From positions 11,036,001 through 11,100,000 of the forward strand of contig JAWMAR010000034.1 of the NCBI GenBank assembly GCA_036785375.1: a stretch of DNA of 64,000 bases. Reading direction: 5' to 3'. A program made the position numbers and the translations under genes. The notes below the pieces were generated by a model that was given only the letters and a program-made list of their open reading frames with translations, was not told the origin of the DNA and ran no database searches. Positions within the stretch are counted from its first letter, which is position 1. Each line of letters starts with the position of its first letter. Shown one piece after another: positions 13,701 through 26,843 of the stretch. The stretch is from Leucoraja ocellata (lineage: Eukaryota).

Positions 13701-14594
13701 TGCAATTCCTTTCTGCCTGTCTCCCACTCCAACCTCAATTAAGACACTTCTTATCTCTTTGACCAACCTTTTAGTCATCTGTCCAAATGGAGTGAAGTGC
13801 TTTGATATGGTTTGAAGCACAGCACACATATTGCTGTTCTAATGGCAAATATTGTGGAACCAGGAATATCAAAGTGTAGATTATTTGGTCTTATCACTGA
13901 AGCATGCTGTACTGGATATCGCAATAATGCATATATTTCAATGTATTCCTTTGATCATAAAATGTATTAAATGACAAGGTTAAAGTCAACAACTCTGACA
14001 CACAAACTTCCTCTTTGACATTTACACTTACAATCCACACAGATAGGCACATCAGTGACAATATATATTATAAGGTACATGTTTCATGCAATTTTTGAGA
14101 CGTCTTTGCCAAACTTTGTGTCCCAATTGAATAGTAAGTAGATTGAAAGGTATTATTTAAACACACAGACTAGAACCAACTTGTCCTTTCCCTTCAACCT
14201 CTATTCCATAACAGTATTCATGACCATATTTTTAAAGAATATGTTACCCACTCCAAACTTAAGAAACAGTTGAAACACAGAGCATTGATTGATTCATAAT
14301 TATTTCTTCACAAACCCCATGGTAGAGGTTGGTAAAACTTTGACCTGGAAATGCTTTCCCTCTTGGTGTGATAAAACAGAATGAGTCCGGTTCAAGGTGA
14401 CTCGAAATAAACCAGGAAGTTTGAGAAATAATCTGTCATTCGCTGTGTTAAACTAGATCTGACAGATATGTTCTTGAATAATTGTTGGCAGATGTCCTCG
14501 GTTACTAAAATGATGAATGAACGGTGCCTCAAAATCCCAACAATCCATGAAAAAACCTATGAACACTGGGTTTGTTAGAAATATTCCTGTTGAG

Positions 14595-14657
14595 TCACTG
14601 TGCCATGATTGGGTCGGGAAGTTGATCGTCTGATTTCCCGGTTCCTAAGAATGCATG
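14595..14657 (-). CDS. JAML: JAML-like last coding exon
   Basis: cttcttttaattccag acceptor, then [23 protein letters not shown]. It starts with His, as follows YMTM in JAML. Confidence 0.7.
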   Translation of the reverse strand, partial: HAFLGTGKSDDQLPDPIMAQ

Positions 14658-17600
14658 CTGGAATTAAAAGAAGGGAAGTGTAAGAAATGGGCAAGGGCCA
14701 GTAACTATGTAACTAAATCAACGGCATCCTTTCTAGAGTCATAGAGTGATACAGTGTGGAAACAGGGCCTACGATCCAACTTGCCCACACCAGCCAACAT
14801 GTCCCATCTACACTAGTCCTACCTGTCTGCGCTTGGTCCATATCCCTCCAAACTTGTCCAATCCATGTAACTGTCTGTTTCCTAAGCGTTGGGATAGTCC
14901 CAGCCTCAACTACCTCATCTGGCAGCTTGGTCCATACACCCACCGCCCTTTGTGTGAAAAGGTTACCCCTCAGATTCCTCTTAAATCTTTCCCCCTTCAC
15001 CTTGAGCCTATATCCTCTGGTCCTCGATTCCCCTACTCTGGGCAAGAGACTCTGTGCATCTACCCGATCTAATCCTCTCATGATTTTATCCACCGCTATA
15101 AGATCACCCCTCATCCTCCTGCGCTCCAAGGAATGGAGACCCAGCCTATTCAACCTCTCCCTATAGCTCACACCCTCTAATCTTGGCAACATCCTCGTAA
15201 ATCTTCTCTGAACCTTTTCAAGCTTAACTATATCTTTCCTATAACATGGTGCCTAGAACTGAACACAATATTCTAAATGCAGTCTCACAACATCTTATAC
15301 AACTGCAACATGACCACCCAACTTCTAACTTGGCATTGATTGAAGCATGTTAATTACAATAAATAACCATACACTTCCAAGACAATATTTCAGGAATAAA
15401 TTCCAGATTACCTTGAGTAAGAGAATGATTAAATTGTGGTTGTTCTGTTGTTGCACAACCTCACCATCACTGGTACATTTTGAAGTATGAATGAAGTGAT
15501 GATCTAAGCAATCTTACCCAGCGAGTCATCTTCCATTCTATTGTCACAACACCAGAAACTTGGGAATTGGTATAAAATTGAACTCCAAATCTTGCTGCCA
15601 CAAATAATAGCTAAATCACACTAAAATAATGAAAGATGGAAAAGTGTGAAACCTCCGAGGGCTCTAATTATTGGAACAAGTAATTAGTGGAGCATGTGTT
15701 TGGCTGAATCACTGGCCTGGATTATTGATGAAGACATTAGTTTGGATCCCATTGTGAGAGTCAGCAAACTGAAATTCAAGTGATTAAATAAATCTGGAGT
15801 AAAGGATGATGATGATGATCAGATTGTTGTAAAATCCACCTGGATCACTCACTGTTCTCACCCAGTCTGCTTCGTAACTCTCCTCTCAATGGCTTCACAA
15901 ACCTTCCACATGGAGGCATTTAGGGATGGACACAAACTTGCCATCTACAACCCAGGAACGAATACATTAAAAATAAATGTGCAAATGCATATAAAATATA
16001 CGCCAAAATGGTACAGAAGGTAGAGGCCAGGAATACAAACACGAGATGAACCAAAGGATGATGTCAGAAAAAGACACAAATTGTTGGAATAACTCGATGG
16101 GTCAGGCAGCATCGCTGGAGAACATGGACAGATGACATTTCCAGTCAGGAGCCTTCTTCAGGCTGGGAAGAAGGGTCCTGACCTGAAACGTTGCCTAGCC
16201 ATGTGTTCCAAAGAGGCTGCCTGACCCGTTGAGTTACTCCAGCACTTTGTGTCAGTTTTGCAAACCAGCATCTGCAGTTACGTGTTTCCTGATGATGTCA
16301 GAGATAGTTCAGGGGAATTGGCTGGTCAAATGGAGTGTCTGAGGCTCTGTCCAACAAGAGGGCAGTAAAATGTGTTGTAAACTATTGCATAAGCACTGAT
16401 AAGAGAATAATGGTATCTAATGCAATTACTTGTGGTAATTGGAGTTAGAGCACATGAGATCAATATCTTGCTTCACTCGGAAATTTGAGGATTCAAATTC
16501 TACTCTAGGGTGAATTGTAAATTCAGGCCAGCATTCCAGTTCAGTACTGTGGGAGTGCCATCTTCTGGATGAGATGTCAAACTGAAGCCCCATTTGCTGC
16601 TCAGATAGCTACATGTTCTTTAGTAGAAACTCAGGAAACATATCCCTGGCAACCTATGTACCAAACATAGAATGCCTGATAATGATCACATTGCTGTTCT
16701 GTGAGCTGCCTGTGAATAGGTGTCTGTTGCATTTTCTAGAGTAAAAGTGACCATTGACAAAGTGTACTTCAATGGCAGTGAATTCATCTGTAATGTCTTA
16801 TTACTGTAAAAGGCAGCAAAGATATGCAAAATCCTTCACATTCTTTAATGAAATATCCATCCATGTGGTCGAAGAGGCTTGCACCTGCCCTACCATTCTT
16901 CACTATTTAATTTAGTTTAGAGATACAACATGGATACAGGCCCTTGGGCTTCCCGAGTCCGCAACAACCATCGATCACCTGCTCACACTAGTTCTATGTT
17001 ATCCCACTTTCTCATCCACTCCCTAAATACTTGGGGCAATTTTACAGAGGCCAATTAACATATAAACCTGCAAGTCTTTGGGTTCTGGGAAGAACCGGAA
17101 CATCTGGAAAACACCCATGCAGTCACAGGGAGAACATGCAAACTTCACACAGGCAGCACCCGAGGTCAGGATCGAACACGGGTCTCTGGCACTGTCAGGC
17201 AGCAGCTCTACCCGGTATGCTGCCCTGCTGCACTGTTCGATTTATATTATTTCATTATTTATATCTATTTCTATTATTTTTTATATACATTTCTATTATT
17301 TTTATAAAAATAATATTTACCTAAAAAAAAATCGAATTTCTTTTAATGTCCTAATGATGTTTCTTTCTCTGGTATTTCTCACACTAGTTAGTATTTACAT
17401 TGTGGACACTGTAATCCCCTGCTAGAAGCATGGGGATTCCTGGCCTCGGGAACTAGTTCATTGAAGGAGTTTGAGTGGGAATGGGATACATGAGGTTGTG
17501 CTCGGTATCATTTGGTAAAATATCTTCACACAATTTGTGTACTCAAGGGATGGATAACATTAGTGAGCCTCCCTCTATTATGTGTGGGAAGGAACTGCAG

Positions 17601-20600
17601 ATGCTGGTTTAAACCAAAGATAGACACAAAATGCTGGAGTAACTCAGCGGGACAGGCAGCATGACGTCACCCATTCCTTCTCTTCAGAGATGCTGCCTGT
17701 CGCGTTGAGTTACTCCAGCATTCTGTGTAGATCTCCCTGTATCATGTTTTCTAATTACATCAGGCTAAAGGAATGGCACCCCCAATAATCTTACCATTGT
17801 TACATAGATTTCATTTTCATCATCTTTTGGTTCCGTATTGTCCTGTCCGTCCACAGGTGCGGTTGCCGTGTTGCCTGGAAGTGCTGGTTGCCTTGTCACA
17901 ATGACATACGTGTTTTGCTCCTGGTTGTTGGTGAATATATTTAATTAATCAACTGACTTTTCTTCCTCCAAATTCCAAATTAATTTCTACAGGTCCTAAC
18001 TTATTTTGTTTATTGAACCAAGACAGAATGGAACTTGATAACATTCGATGCTGAAGCTCATTCACAAAGAACGGGTGCTTTGGTGAGGTAGCCAAGCCTT
18101 TGGCAGCAGGGCAAGGCAATGTTCAGGAGATACAGATAAAGCTATACAACAACTGTCTCTGAATCACGCTAGTTTCCAATGCCACCCAATATCTAAGGAA
18201 GTCACGCAAATGTGATTAGTGAACAGCTCTGGAAAACTCAGGCTAGAAACTGGCTACAAATACAATGATATTATTCAGTGAATAAGCCACTGTACTTGAT
18301 TATATTATCATAGCAGAATAGTTAAGGGGAAAATACCATTGGACTAAGAAAGCCTACATTTTTATTTCCTCACTGGCCCGAGTTCTAGTATTGTAAACCT
18401 GGTAGCGAACCATTCCTGTAGCAGTTCGACTCAAATATGTGAAGTCTATCATTGAAGCAAGCGCAGGCCTGTAAGATGCTTATTGTCCCTCTTGTACCCT
18501 AACATTATCATTTAAATGCTCTTTCACTAATGATCCGTCAGCAAACGATAGTGACCATTATTCCCACAAACCACCCATCTCATTCTAACTCAACCCAATC
18601 TCACGGGAGTCGGTCTCTAGATTCCCATCTCTTTATGGAAGGCTAGCACTTCCACTGACATATGATATATCATTATCCCACACAAATATATTCTGCTGAC
18701 ACTAAAGTCATCGCAAATATTTGTCACTCCATGTCACATTTGTTTACAATAGATTATAAATATATAACCTCGATCTCTGTAACTCTGACTTTAGTTGAAG
18801 TAAAATTCTGGACTTGTGTATAACTCTCAGTTTATTTCTTTTCTGGAACAGCAGTGCCCCTGAAGTGTTGAACAGAAACATGGAACATAGTGAGACAGGG
18901 TTTTGGGAATGTGTATGGGCATACCTGCCCTCATTGCTGAAGCATTGTTTAAGTGTTGCAAGTGTAGACATGTTGCTGAGACCACACTTGTCTGTAGTTA
19001 TGGCTGTCACACTGTAAGGAGGATGTGTACCCTGGACAGGGTGCAGAAATGATTCACAGGGGACATTACTTAGCCAGGGATAGTGGTGAAGGCAGATACG
19101 AAAGTGACATTCTAGAGGTTTTCCGATGGGCAGGGACAGAGGGACATGGATCACATGCAGAGCTGATTACTTTAATCTAGCATTATGTTCAGTACAGACA
19201 TAGTGGGCTGAAGGGCTCGGCCTTTTTACCCAGGAAAGACGAAGGCTGAGGCACGACGTCATGGAACAACATCAAATTAACAGAGGCATGTATAGGTTAG
19301 ATAGCTATGTCTTTCCCATGGTAGAGGTGTCCAACGTAGAGGGCATGCTTAAGGTGAGGGAGAAGGTTTCAGGTGGATCTGAGGATACATTTTTCATATA
19401 AAGAGTAGTTGGTATATGGGATGAGCAAGGTGGTGGAGGCATGAACCTGAGAAGGTGGTGGAGGCATGAACAGTTAAGCAGCATCTGTACAGGTATTTAA
19501 AGCTAAAAGTAGCAGGTTATACGTAGCAGGGCATAGAGGGGGTAATAGAATTAGAACATACATTGAACCTAGAAAAGTACAGCACAGGGGCTTGGCCTTC
19601 AACCCACCATGATGCTAATCCAAACTAAAGTTAACTGTTTGCATATGGTCTTTATTCCTTTATTCCCAGCATATCCACATGCCTATCTAAATACTTCTTC
19701 AACATTGCTATCTGTTTCCACCACTTTCCCAGCAACACCTTTCAGGCACCTATCATTTTCTCAAACTTTCCTTGAGAGTTTCTTGTTTAGTTTAGAGATA
19801 CAGCACGGGAACAGGCACTGCTGCTCACCAGGTCCGCGCCGACCAGCGATCCTCGCTTATTAACACTATCCTATACGTACTATCCTATACGTTACATTTA
19901 CCAAGCCAATTTACCTACATACCTGTACGTCTTTGGAGTGTGGGAGGAAACTGAAAATCTCTGAGAAAACCTACGCGGCCACGGGGAGAACGTGCAAACT
20001 CCGTACAGACAGCATTGTAGTTGGGATCGAACCTGGGTCTCCAGCGCTGTAAGGCAACAACTCTACTGCTGCGCCACCGTGCCGTCATGGAAGATTCCTC
20101 TCATTGATCGGGATCATAATAAATCTAGGCTTAAAACAGCCCTTACCTTGACACCATGAAGGCCACCTGGATCATTCCTTGCAGACACATCGTAGGGTCT
20201 GCGGAAAAAATGTTCAGCATTATACATTGTTCAACAGGTGGAACGTTGCAATTCCGTTCACATCTGTCTCCAGAAACACTTTACCTTTGATCCCTTGGTG
20301 CTGTTCTAGATGAACACTTCCGTTTGGTTACAAGAATTATGGAGAGCACAACAAGGAGGATGGAGACCACAGCTGTCGTACTTATGATGAGACCCAATGG
20401 CATCACTTTCTCAGTCTGGTGAACGTGGATGGCTCGTGACTGCTTGCCATCTGTAGGAGGTAGAAGAGGGTAAAAGTCAGAGAGTCCCTCTCGGCTAGAC
20501 ACCTCTACCATGGGAAACAGACATTGCTATCTAGCCCATCTATGCCTCTGTAAATTTGATATTGTTCCATCATGTCGCCTCTCAGCCTTCGTCACTCCAG

Positions 20601-23600
20601 GGTGAATTTATAGCACTGGACGTGCAACGGTGGCCAAGATATTTAGATGTAAGAAGAGAAAAAATGATCAGAATAACCATGACCAATTCACTCTTTAATG
20701 ATCAATGATTTAACTCCACCCCGCAGAGGTGCCGTTTAAACTGGGCGGTCGTTTCACGGAACACCTTCGTTCAGCCTGCCTGAACCAACCTGATCTCCCT
20801 GTTGCTGGACACTTTAATTCCCCGTCCCATTCCCACACAGACCTTTCTGTCCTCAGTCTCCTCCATTGTCAGAGTGAAGCTAAACGCAAATTGGAGGAAC
20901 AGCATCTCATATTTCGCTTGAGCAGCTTACAGCCCAGTGGTATGAATATTGACTTCTCTCACTTCAGGTAGTCCTGGCATTCCCTCTCTCTCTCTATCCC
21001 TCCCCCACCCAAGTCACACTAGCTCCTCATTTTCACCAACAAACAGCTAACAATGACCTCTTTGCTTTATCATTGTTACTTTTTTACATATTTTTCATTC
21101 ATTGTTCTTTCTCTCTCCACATCACCATCTCTATCTCTCGTTTCCTTTATCCCTAACCAGTCTGAAGAAGGGTCTCGACCCGAAACATCACCCATTCCTT
21201 CTCTCCAGAGATGCTGCCTGTCCCGCTGAGTTACTCCAGTTTTTGTGTCTACTTTCATATTTGTTCCTATTTTTGCTTCTCAAGAGATAATTTCCTTCCC
21301 TTTCACCTAATGTACAGAATCCCAAAAGATCGCTCCCTCCCCATTTAGTTCTTTTGTATTGAATTGGAACATACCAATCCCTCGTTTGCTTATGTCCCAC
21401 CATGTAGAATACCAAACTGTTTACATTCAATCCCACTGTGTACAGTTGCAGTGGTTGTGTTTATACCTTCACACAAAACCATTAGAAGAGTCTTGCTTCG
21501 GTGGACTTTGTTCGACAATCTAGGGATGCGCAGATCACAGATGAAGCTGCCATTGTCAGAGCATGTCACATTGGTTATGAGAATGGAGCCATTTTTCTTG
21601 CTGATGTCACCTGTCCACTTCAGCCTCTGGGTGAACCTGTTGTCCTGCATCACCACACTGTGGTCTTGGAGGTAAAACAAAATCTGTGTTGGAATAAAGA
21701 AGGAAAATAACTGAAAGGAAACAGTTCTCCATCAATTTCACCAATGAAAATTGCACTTGTTAAATGCAGAGTTGGATTATCCCTGCCCTATCTTTATTAA
21801 CAATTCCCAGAGCCGATACTTTTTTAATATGATATCAAATAGATGCGACACTGACAGGTCCTGTATGTGTTGTCTATTTCTAATATCGCTGATATTGCCT
21901 TCTTGAACAGCACGAATGCATATATCAGTGGTGCACAGTGTAGCAATGTAGAGTTTACACCCAGCAATTACAAAAGATGATGATTTGTTTCCAAATCCGG
22001 ATGATATGTGACCTGGATGGGAACTTGCAGCGGATGGAAAACTCATGTACCCGCTGCCAACTCTTCCTGGATGGTAAAACATGCGGGAATGGGAGGTCCA
22101 GTGGAAACAGATGTAGGTGCTGTACTGTATTTCATAGGTGGCAGCAGAATGGAGTTGACCGGGATAAATAGATCAGCCATGATTGAATGGCAGAGTAGAC
22201 ACGATTGGCTGAATGGCCTAATTCTACACCTTTGTCATTGGCCTTTCAAGTGGATTAAATCAGTGCACTGTTTTCATTGGTGAGGGTTGGCAGAGGCAGC
22301 AGGGTTTACACTCACCACATTCTCTGCAATGCCATTATAAGGGGTGTACAACCATTCCAGCTTGATGTTGTGCCGATCAGTGTGTTCGTGGTAGTCAAAC
22401 ATGCAGTCTAATCGTAGATCCATTCCCTGTTTCACAACCAGGTACTCTGGGGTATAGATACCAACAGCTGAGACTGGCCAGACATCTACAAGGTAAAATA
22501 AACCATCTGAACTTAGACATCGATACACAGTGGCACACAGACAGTGGCAGACAGGCAGACAGACAGCGACAGACAAGCGACAGACAGAGACAGACAGGCA
22601 GACACACAGACAGCGACAGACAAGCAGACAGACAGTGACAGACAGAGACAGATAGGCAGACACACAGACAGTGACAGACAGACAGTGACAGACAGTGACA
22701 GACAGACAGTGACAGACAGACAGACAGACAGCGCAGAGTCAAGTTGAGCTGTAATGTCCATCAACGAGGATGCTGACCAGCTATCTGTAATTCTATTTCC
22801 AGGCCACTTAAGCGTTTTGATTCAAGTTCAGCCAGTGACTCACTCAAGGATATCTCTTACTCTATATATAATAACCAAAACATGGTTAGCTTTCATCTCT
22901 TTCCATCCCCAGATACTGGATATACTGTATTAATGCACAATTATCACTGTAATTCACTCCTAAATGTTTATGAAATTATACAATGTAGACAAAAATGCTG
23001 GAGAAAATCAGTGGGTGAGGCAGCATCTATGGAGCGAAGGAATAGGTGACGTTTTGGGTCGAGACCCTTCCTCAGACTATATGCATAAAGCCCTGAGCTT
23101 CTCCGTTACATTCTGATTGGTAATACATTGAAGAGTATTTGTTATTAACAAGCAGCTTCATTTCAAGTTATCTGTTATAATCCACTGTTATAATCCACTT
23201 GTTTAACCTGATTCTAGCTGATAACTTTTCATCATTCTATGTGTGAAGCAGACAAACACCAACATTATATCCAGTAGCCCAGCCCCAGATCTCCAGGCAT
23301 AAACCCCCCGAAGCTTCTTTAGATTCTAGCCTCTGGTCTTTGATGGACATACTTGCAATTCCAGAGCATTGATGCAAAGTATTTTTTGAAGTGTTGTCAC
23401 ATTTCTCCCAGGGTCTGATAAATGACATCTCACTCTATGTAGCCAAACAACCATTGCAACTTTAATCTTGGGGAGTTTAATTTTGCTAACGTGTCTATGA
23501 TATGGTGTTTGGTCACAGACCTGTGAAAGACCATATTAACCACATCAACAACAGTACAATCCTCTTTATTGTTCTTCTAAAAATTCTATGAAATGAGTAA

Positions 23601-25872
23601 AGAGAATTAGTCTTGTACAAATTGGGACTGGCTTGGTGTACTTATTATTTAATTGAGTGTCAGCTTGGGGTGGCCATGCCACCAGTACAGGAAGAAACAG
23701 AGACAAACTCTAAAGTGGTGTTAGAAGCAGATACATTCGCAATGTTGAAGAGACATTTAGACAGGTACCTGAACAGGAAAGGAATAGAGGGATATAGATC
23801 AAGTGCGTGGTAGTTTAATTTGGTGTCATGGTTGCTGCTGACACGGTGGCTTTAAGGGCCTGTTCCTGCGATGTACTTTGCTATATGCCTTTTTCTCAAT
23901 AGAATTTAAAGGCAGCTGAAATCTCCTTACATAGACCGTAAGTTTAGTTTCCAAATAAAGCTTTCTTTGAAGAAATATAATCACTCCTTGTTTTAACCTG
24001 AAGTACTTATTCACATTAAAAGTTAAATTGCTGTGCAGCGAGCTGGCTGTTGTTGGTAACATTCAGGTGCATGCAATGGAAACTGCAGGTGGTTTGTGGT
24101 TGGGGGAGAGGAAGGGATTTTGTGAAGTGATTTCCCCTTTATTGTAAATTACTGCTGCGGCTCTGCAGTAAAGTGTTCCACTGTATATGCTCAAAGTGGC
24201 CACACAATTACAATTGAGTTAGGATTTCAGTTCTGCAGAGACATGGGATTGGCTGGGTTGGTTTTCCCTGGAACAGAGGAGGCTGAGAAGACCAATTAGA
24301 GGTATTCAAATATATTAGTGAGATGTATAGGATAAATAATAAGAATCCTTATTTTCCACAGTGGGATTGTCTCAGGCAAGAGGGCATGGGCTTAAGGGGA
24401 GTGGCGGGAGAGTTTGAAGGGATTTGAAGGGGGAATTCTCCCATACAGAAGGCAGTTGAAATCAGGATCACTCTGAGAAAGGGGTGGAGGCAGGTACTGT
24501 CACAGCTAAGAATCATCTAGACAGGCGCATTAATTGGCAAGGTATAGAAGGCTATCAAGCTAATCCAGGTAACAGGGATTAGTATAAATTAAAGGTAGAC
24601 ACAATTACTGGAGAAACTCAGTGGGTGCAGCAGCATCTATGGAGCGAAGGAAATAGGCAACGTTTCGGGCCGAAACCCTTCCGGGTTTCAGCCCGAAACG
24701 TTGCCTATTTTCTTCAGGGTTTCGGCCCGAAACGTTGCCTATTTCCTTCAGGGTTTCGTCCCGAAACGTTGCCTATTTCCTTCGCTCCATTGATACTGCC
24801 GCACCCACTGAGTTTCTCCAGAAATTTTGTCTACCTTCGATTTTTCAGCATCTGCAGTTCCTTCTTAAACATTAGTATAGATTAATGCAGCAGTCAATAT
24901 GGATGTAGTGGGTCAGAGCACTTGCTTCTGTATTGCAAGACCCTAAGACTACCACTGGAAAATCAGATGATCTAATTTTGGTGTGGAGACCAGTTACTGT
25001 AGTTCAGAAATACTTCATTTGTCTCCTGAGGTTGGAAAATATAAAGCATTAATGCAAGTTCTTTCTTTCTTCTACTTCTGCCTGGAGTGTGGTGAGCACA
25101 GGCTGATGCTGGGAAGCTGAGATTTCTCTGGCCTGCTTGACTTCATGCCATAGTGGCAGCTGGTTCTAAACTTCCTACTCGACTGTGCCTGGCATCACAC
25201 AAGGTGGTCATTGACCCGAGACCTGTCATGGACCTGAAACCGTACCTCTATTACCCTCTCCGCAGACATTGCCTGACCTGTTGAGCATGTCGAGATTTTT
25301 CTGCTTTTATTTCAGATTGCCAGCATTTCCAGGTTTTGTTTGCAGATTTCCAGCATCTGCGGGTTTTTTCCCTTTACACCTCATTTCCCGCTGTGCTTCC
25401 GGGCTGAAGTGGAGCCGTGGCTGAGAGACACTTGAAGCTGGAGGTAGTTGGCTCACACGATTACAGGTTGATGCTGAGGAATTCTCAGTAGGAACACAAT
25501 GTGCAGGTTAATGGTTATCATAACCTCCATACCTCAATTAAGGTTGCCAGCTCTTAAAGATTGTTCTGGAATCTCCAAGATTTAAACATTAGTCATTTAG
25601 TAAATGACCAGGGGAAAAAAAGGTTTATTTTACTATTATTCATTGAAAACGTAAACATTTGGGTTATGGTTAGTGAAAGCCTGTTCGATCGGTCAATAGT
25701 CTGAAGTTTGTTTGAAGTTATCCAAATTAATGGCAATGCATCCTAAGCACTAATCATGGGACCAGCGTATATATAACTCAGCATTCCACTATCTCTACTT
25801 TCAATAGACACAACACTTACCACTGAATATGAGAATCGTGTGTAGGAAGAGCAGTCCTGTTCTGCTAAGCAT
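14595..25872 (-). CDS. JAML: JAML-like (junctional adhesion molecule-like / MPZ-family) single V-set Ig type I membrane protein, 281 aa, 7 coding exons
   Basis: Exons 25872-25821, 22485-22316, 21683-21467, 20450-20285, 20198-20147, 17920-17795 and 14657-14595 are all GT-AG and phase-consistent (846 nt). The product has a signal peptide, a V-set domain (C...W...DNGSFIC), a TM segment and a tail with IYVTM|H, like JAML TYMTM|H. Confidence 0.8.
14733..15327 (-). mobile_element. CR1 LINE 3' fragment in the last JAML-like intron
   Basis: [24 protein letters not shown]...[11 protein letters not shown]. Confidence 0.9.
17795..17920 (-). CDS. JAML: JAML-like cytoplasmic exon with tyrosine motifs
   Basis: EQNTYVIV...[10 protein letters not shown], 126 nt, phase 0-0, gtaag donor. 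Confidence 0.8.
20147..20198 (-). CDS. JAML: JAML-like cytoplasmic exon
   Basis: [18 protein letters not shown]; ttttttccgcag acceptor, gtaagg donor; phases fit. Confidence 0.8.
20285..20450 (-). CDS. JAML: JAML-like stalk and transmembrane exon
   Basis: [24 protein letters not shown] followed by the basic stop-transfer TKRK; cctacag acceptor, gtaaag donor. Confidence 0.9.
20730..21252 (+). mobile_element. Penelope-like element 3' fragment in a JAML-like intron
   Basis: LGGRFTEHL...HFNSPSHSH...[21 protein letters not shown], then the terminal repeat with a hammerhead-like core at 21162-21192. Confidence 0.85.
21467..21683 (-). CDS. JAML: JAML-like Ig V domain, second half-exon
   Basis: ILFYLQDH...[35 protein letters not shown]...VLCE; phase 0 in, phase 1 out. 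Confidence 0.9.
22316..22485 (-). CDS. JAML: JAML-like Ig V domain, first half-exon
   Basis: [30 protein letters not shown]...[16 protein letters not shown]; ttgtag acceptor, gtgagt donor. Confidence 0.9.
22535..22732 (+). repeat. (GACA)n-type microsatellite
   Basis: Direct inspection. Confidence 0.9.
25821..25872 (-). CDS. JAML: JAML-like leader exon ([17 protein letters not shown])
   Basis: Acceptor ctctctgcag 3 nt before the ATG; hydrophobic leader; phase-1 gtaagt donor matches the next exon. Confidence 0.8.
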
Positions 25873-26843
25873 TATCTGCAGAGAGGACAGGAGGTTATAG
25901 ACAGTCGATTCAACACCTTGTAATTATAAAACTTAAATCTAATACAGTGCTTCACAGAAGTGATATCAAACAAAACATAATCACTTCTGGACATGCTAGG
26001 AGAGGCAACTAGGTTGGTCAAAGAAGTAGTTTTAACAAGCATCTTAAAGGAGAAAGTAGAGGGGGTGGAGAGATGAAGTGGAGTATTGCAGGACTTGGGC
26101 CTGAGGAGCTGAAAGCCACTGAAGGTGTTCAAAGGGAATGAGGGATCTGTGTGAGTCTCCAGGAGTGCACGGGCCATAGAGTGCTGGACAAGGTCACAGA
26201 GCCAGAGAGACCAGCATCATTTAGTAGGGTCAGAAAACAAGGGTTAAAGGGTTAAAACTGAAATGAAGCTGGGTTTTTGGTTCAATTCATTTCTACACTC
26301 ATTCTGTCAGTCTGTCCAGTCAATTGAAAATCTAATTCACCATTAAACAAGCCCAACAGCAGCGTCGGACACTGATGAGAAGCCTTTTTAAAGAGGAGGA
26401 GGGGAAGTATTTTCACGTTTTAAAATTCTTCTACCTTCTGAATTAACACTTTCTAGAGAACTGTAGAGTAGATAATATGCTCACAATTGCACAAATCACT
26501 CCTTAATGTTGGGATGTGGTCAGTTTAGACTTTAAAAAAAACACAGATTTTCAAAAGAATCTTAAACTAAGTATACCTTTGCATTAAACTTGTGATCTAC
26601 TTCATTCTTTCATTGTAAATGTTCACCCAGTGTTGATAATTTATTGTTCCCTTGTTCGAATTGAAGAAGTTGTTCTGTCCAATCACTGTTACAATTCTCT
26701 CTTGGCCAGTCTCACCCCAGCCACCTTCAGCAAACTCATCCGACACGCCACTGGGTGTACCCCAACTTCATCATTCCCCCCCATTCCACTGTTGTACATT
26801 TCTGCAAACGCATCCAACCCGGTAACCTCTGGTTTTTCTTCTG

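Noticed and set aside
13242-13742. 166-aa ORF
   Set aside because: No recognisable domain or splice context; overlaps ancient repeat-like sequence.
15518-15620. Possible extra JAML-like exon (ttttag ... gtaag, open in phase 0)
   Set aside because: Its 103 nt would frameshift the last exon, and the peptide is not recognisable.
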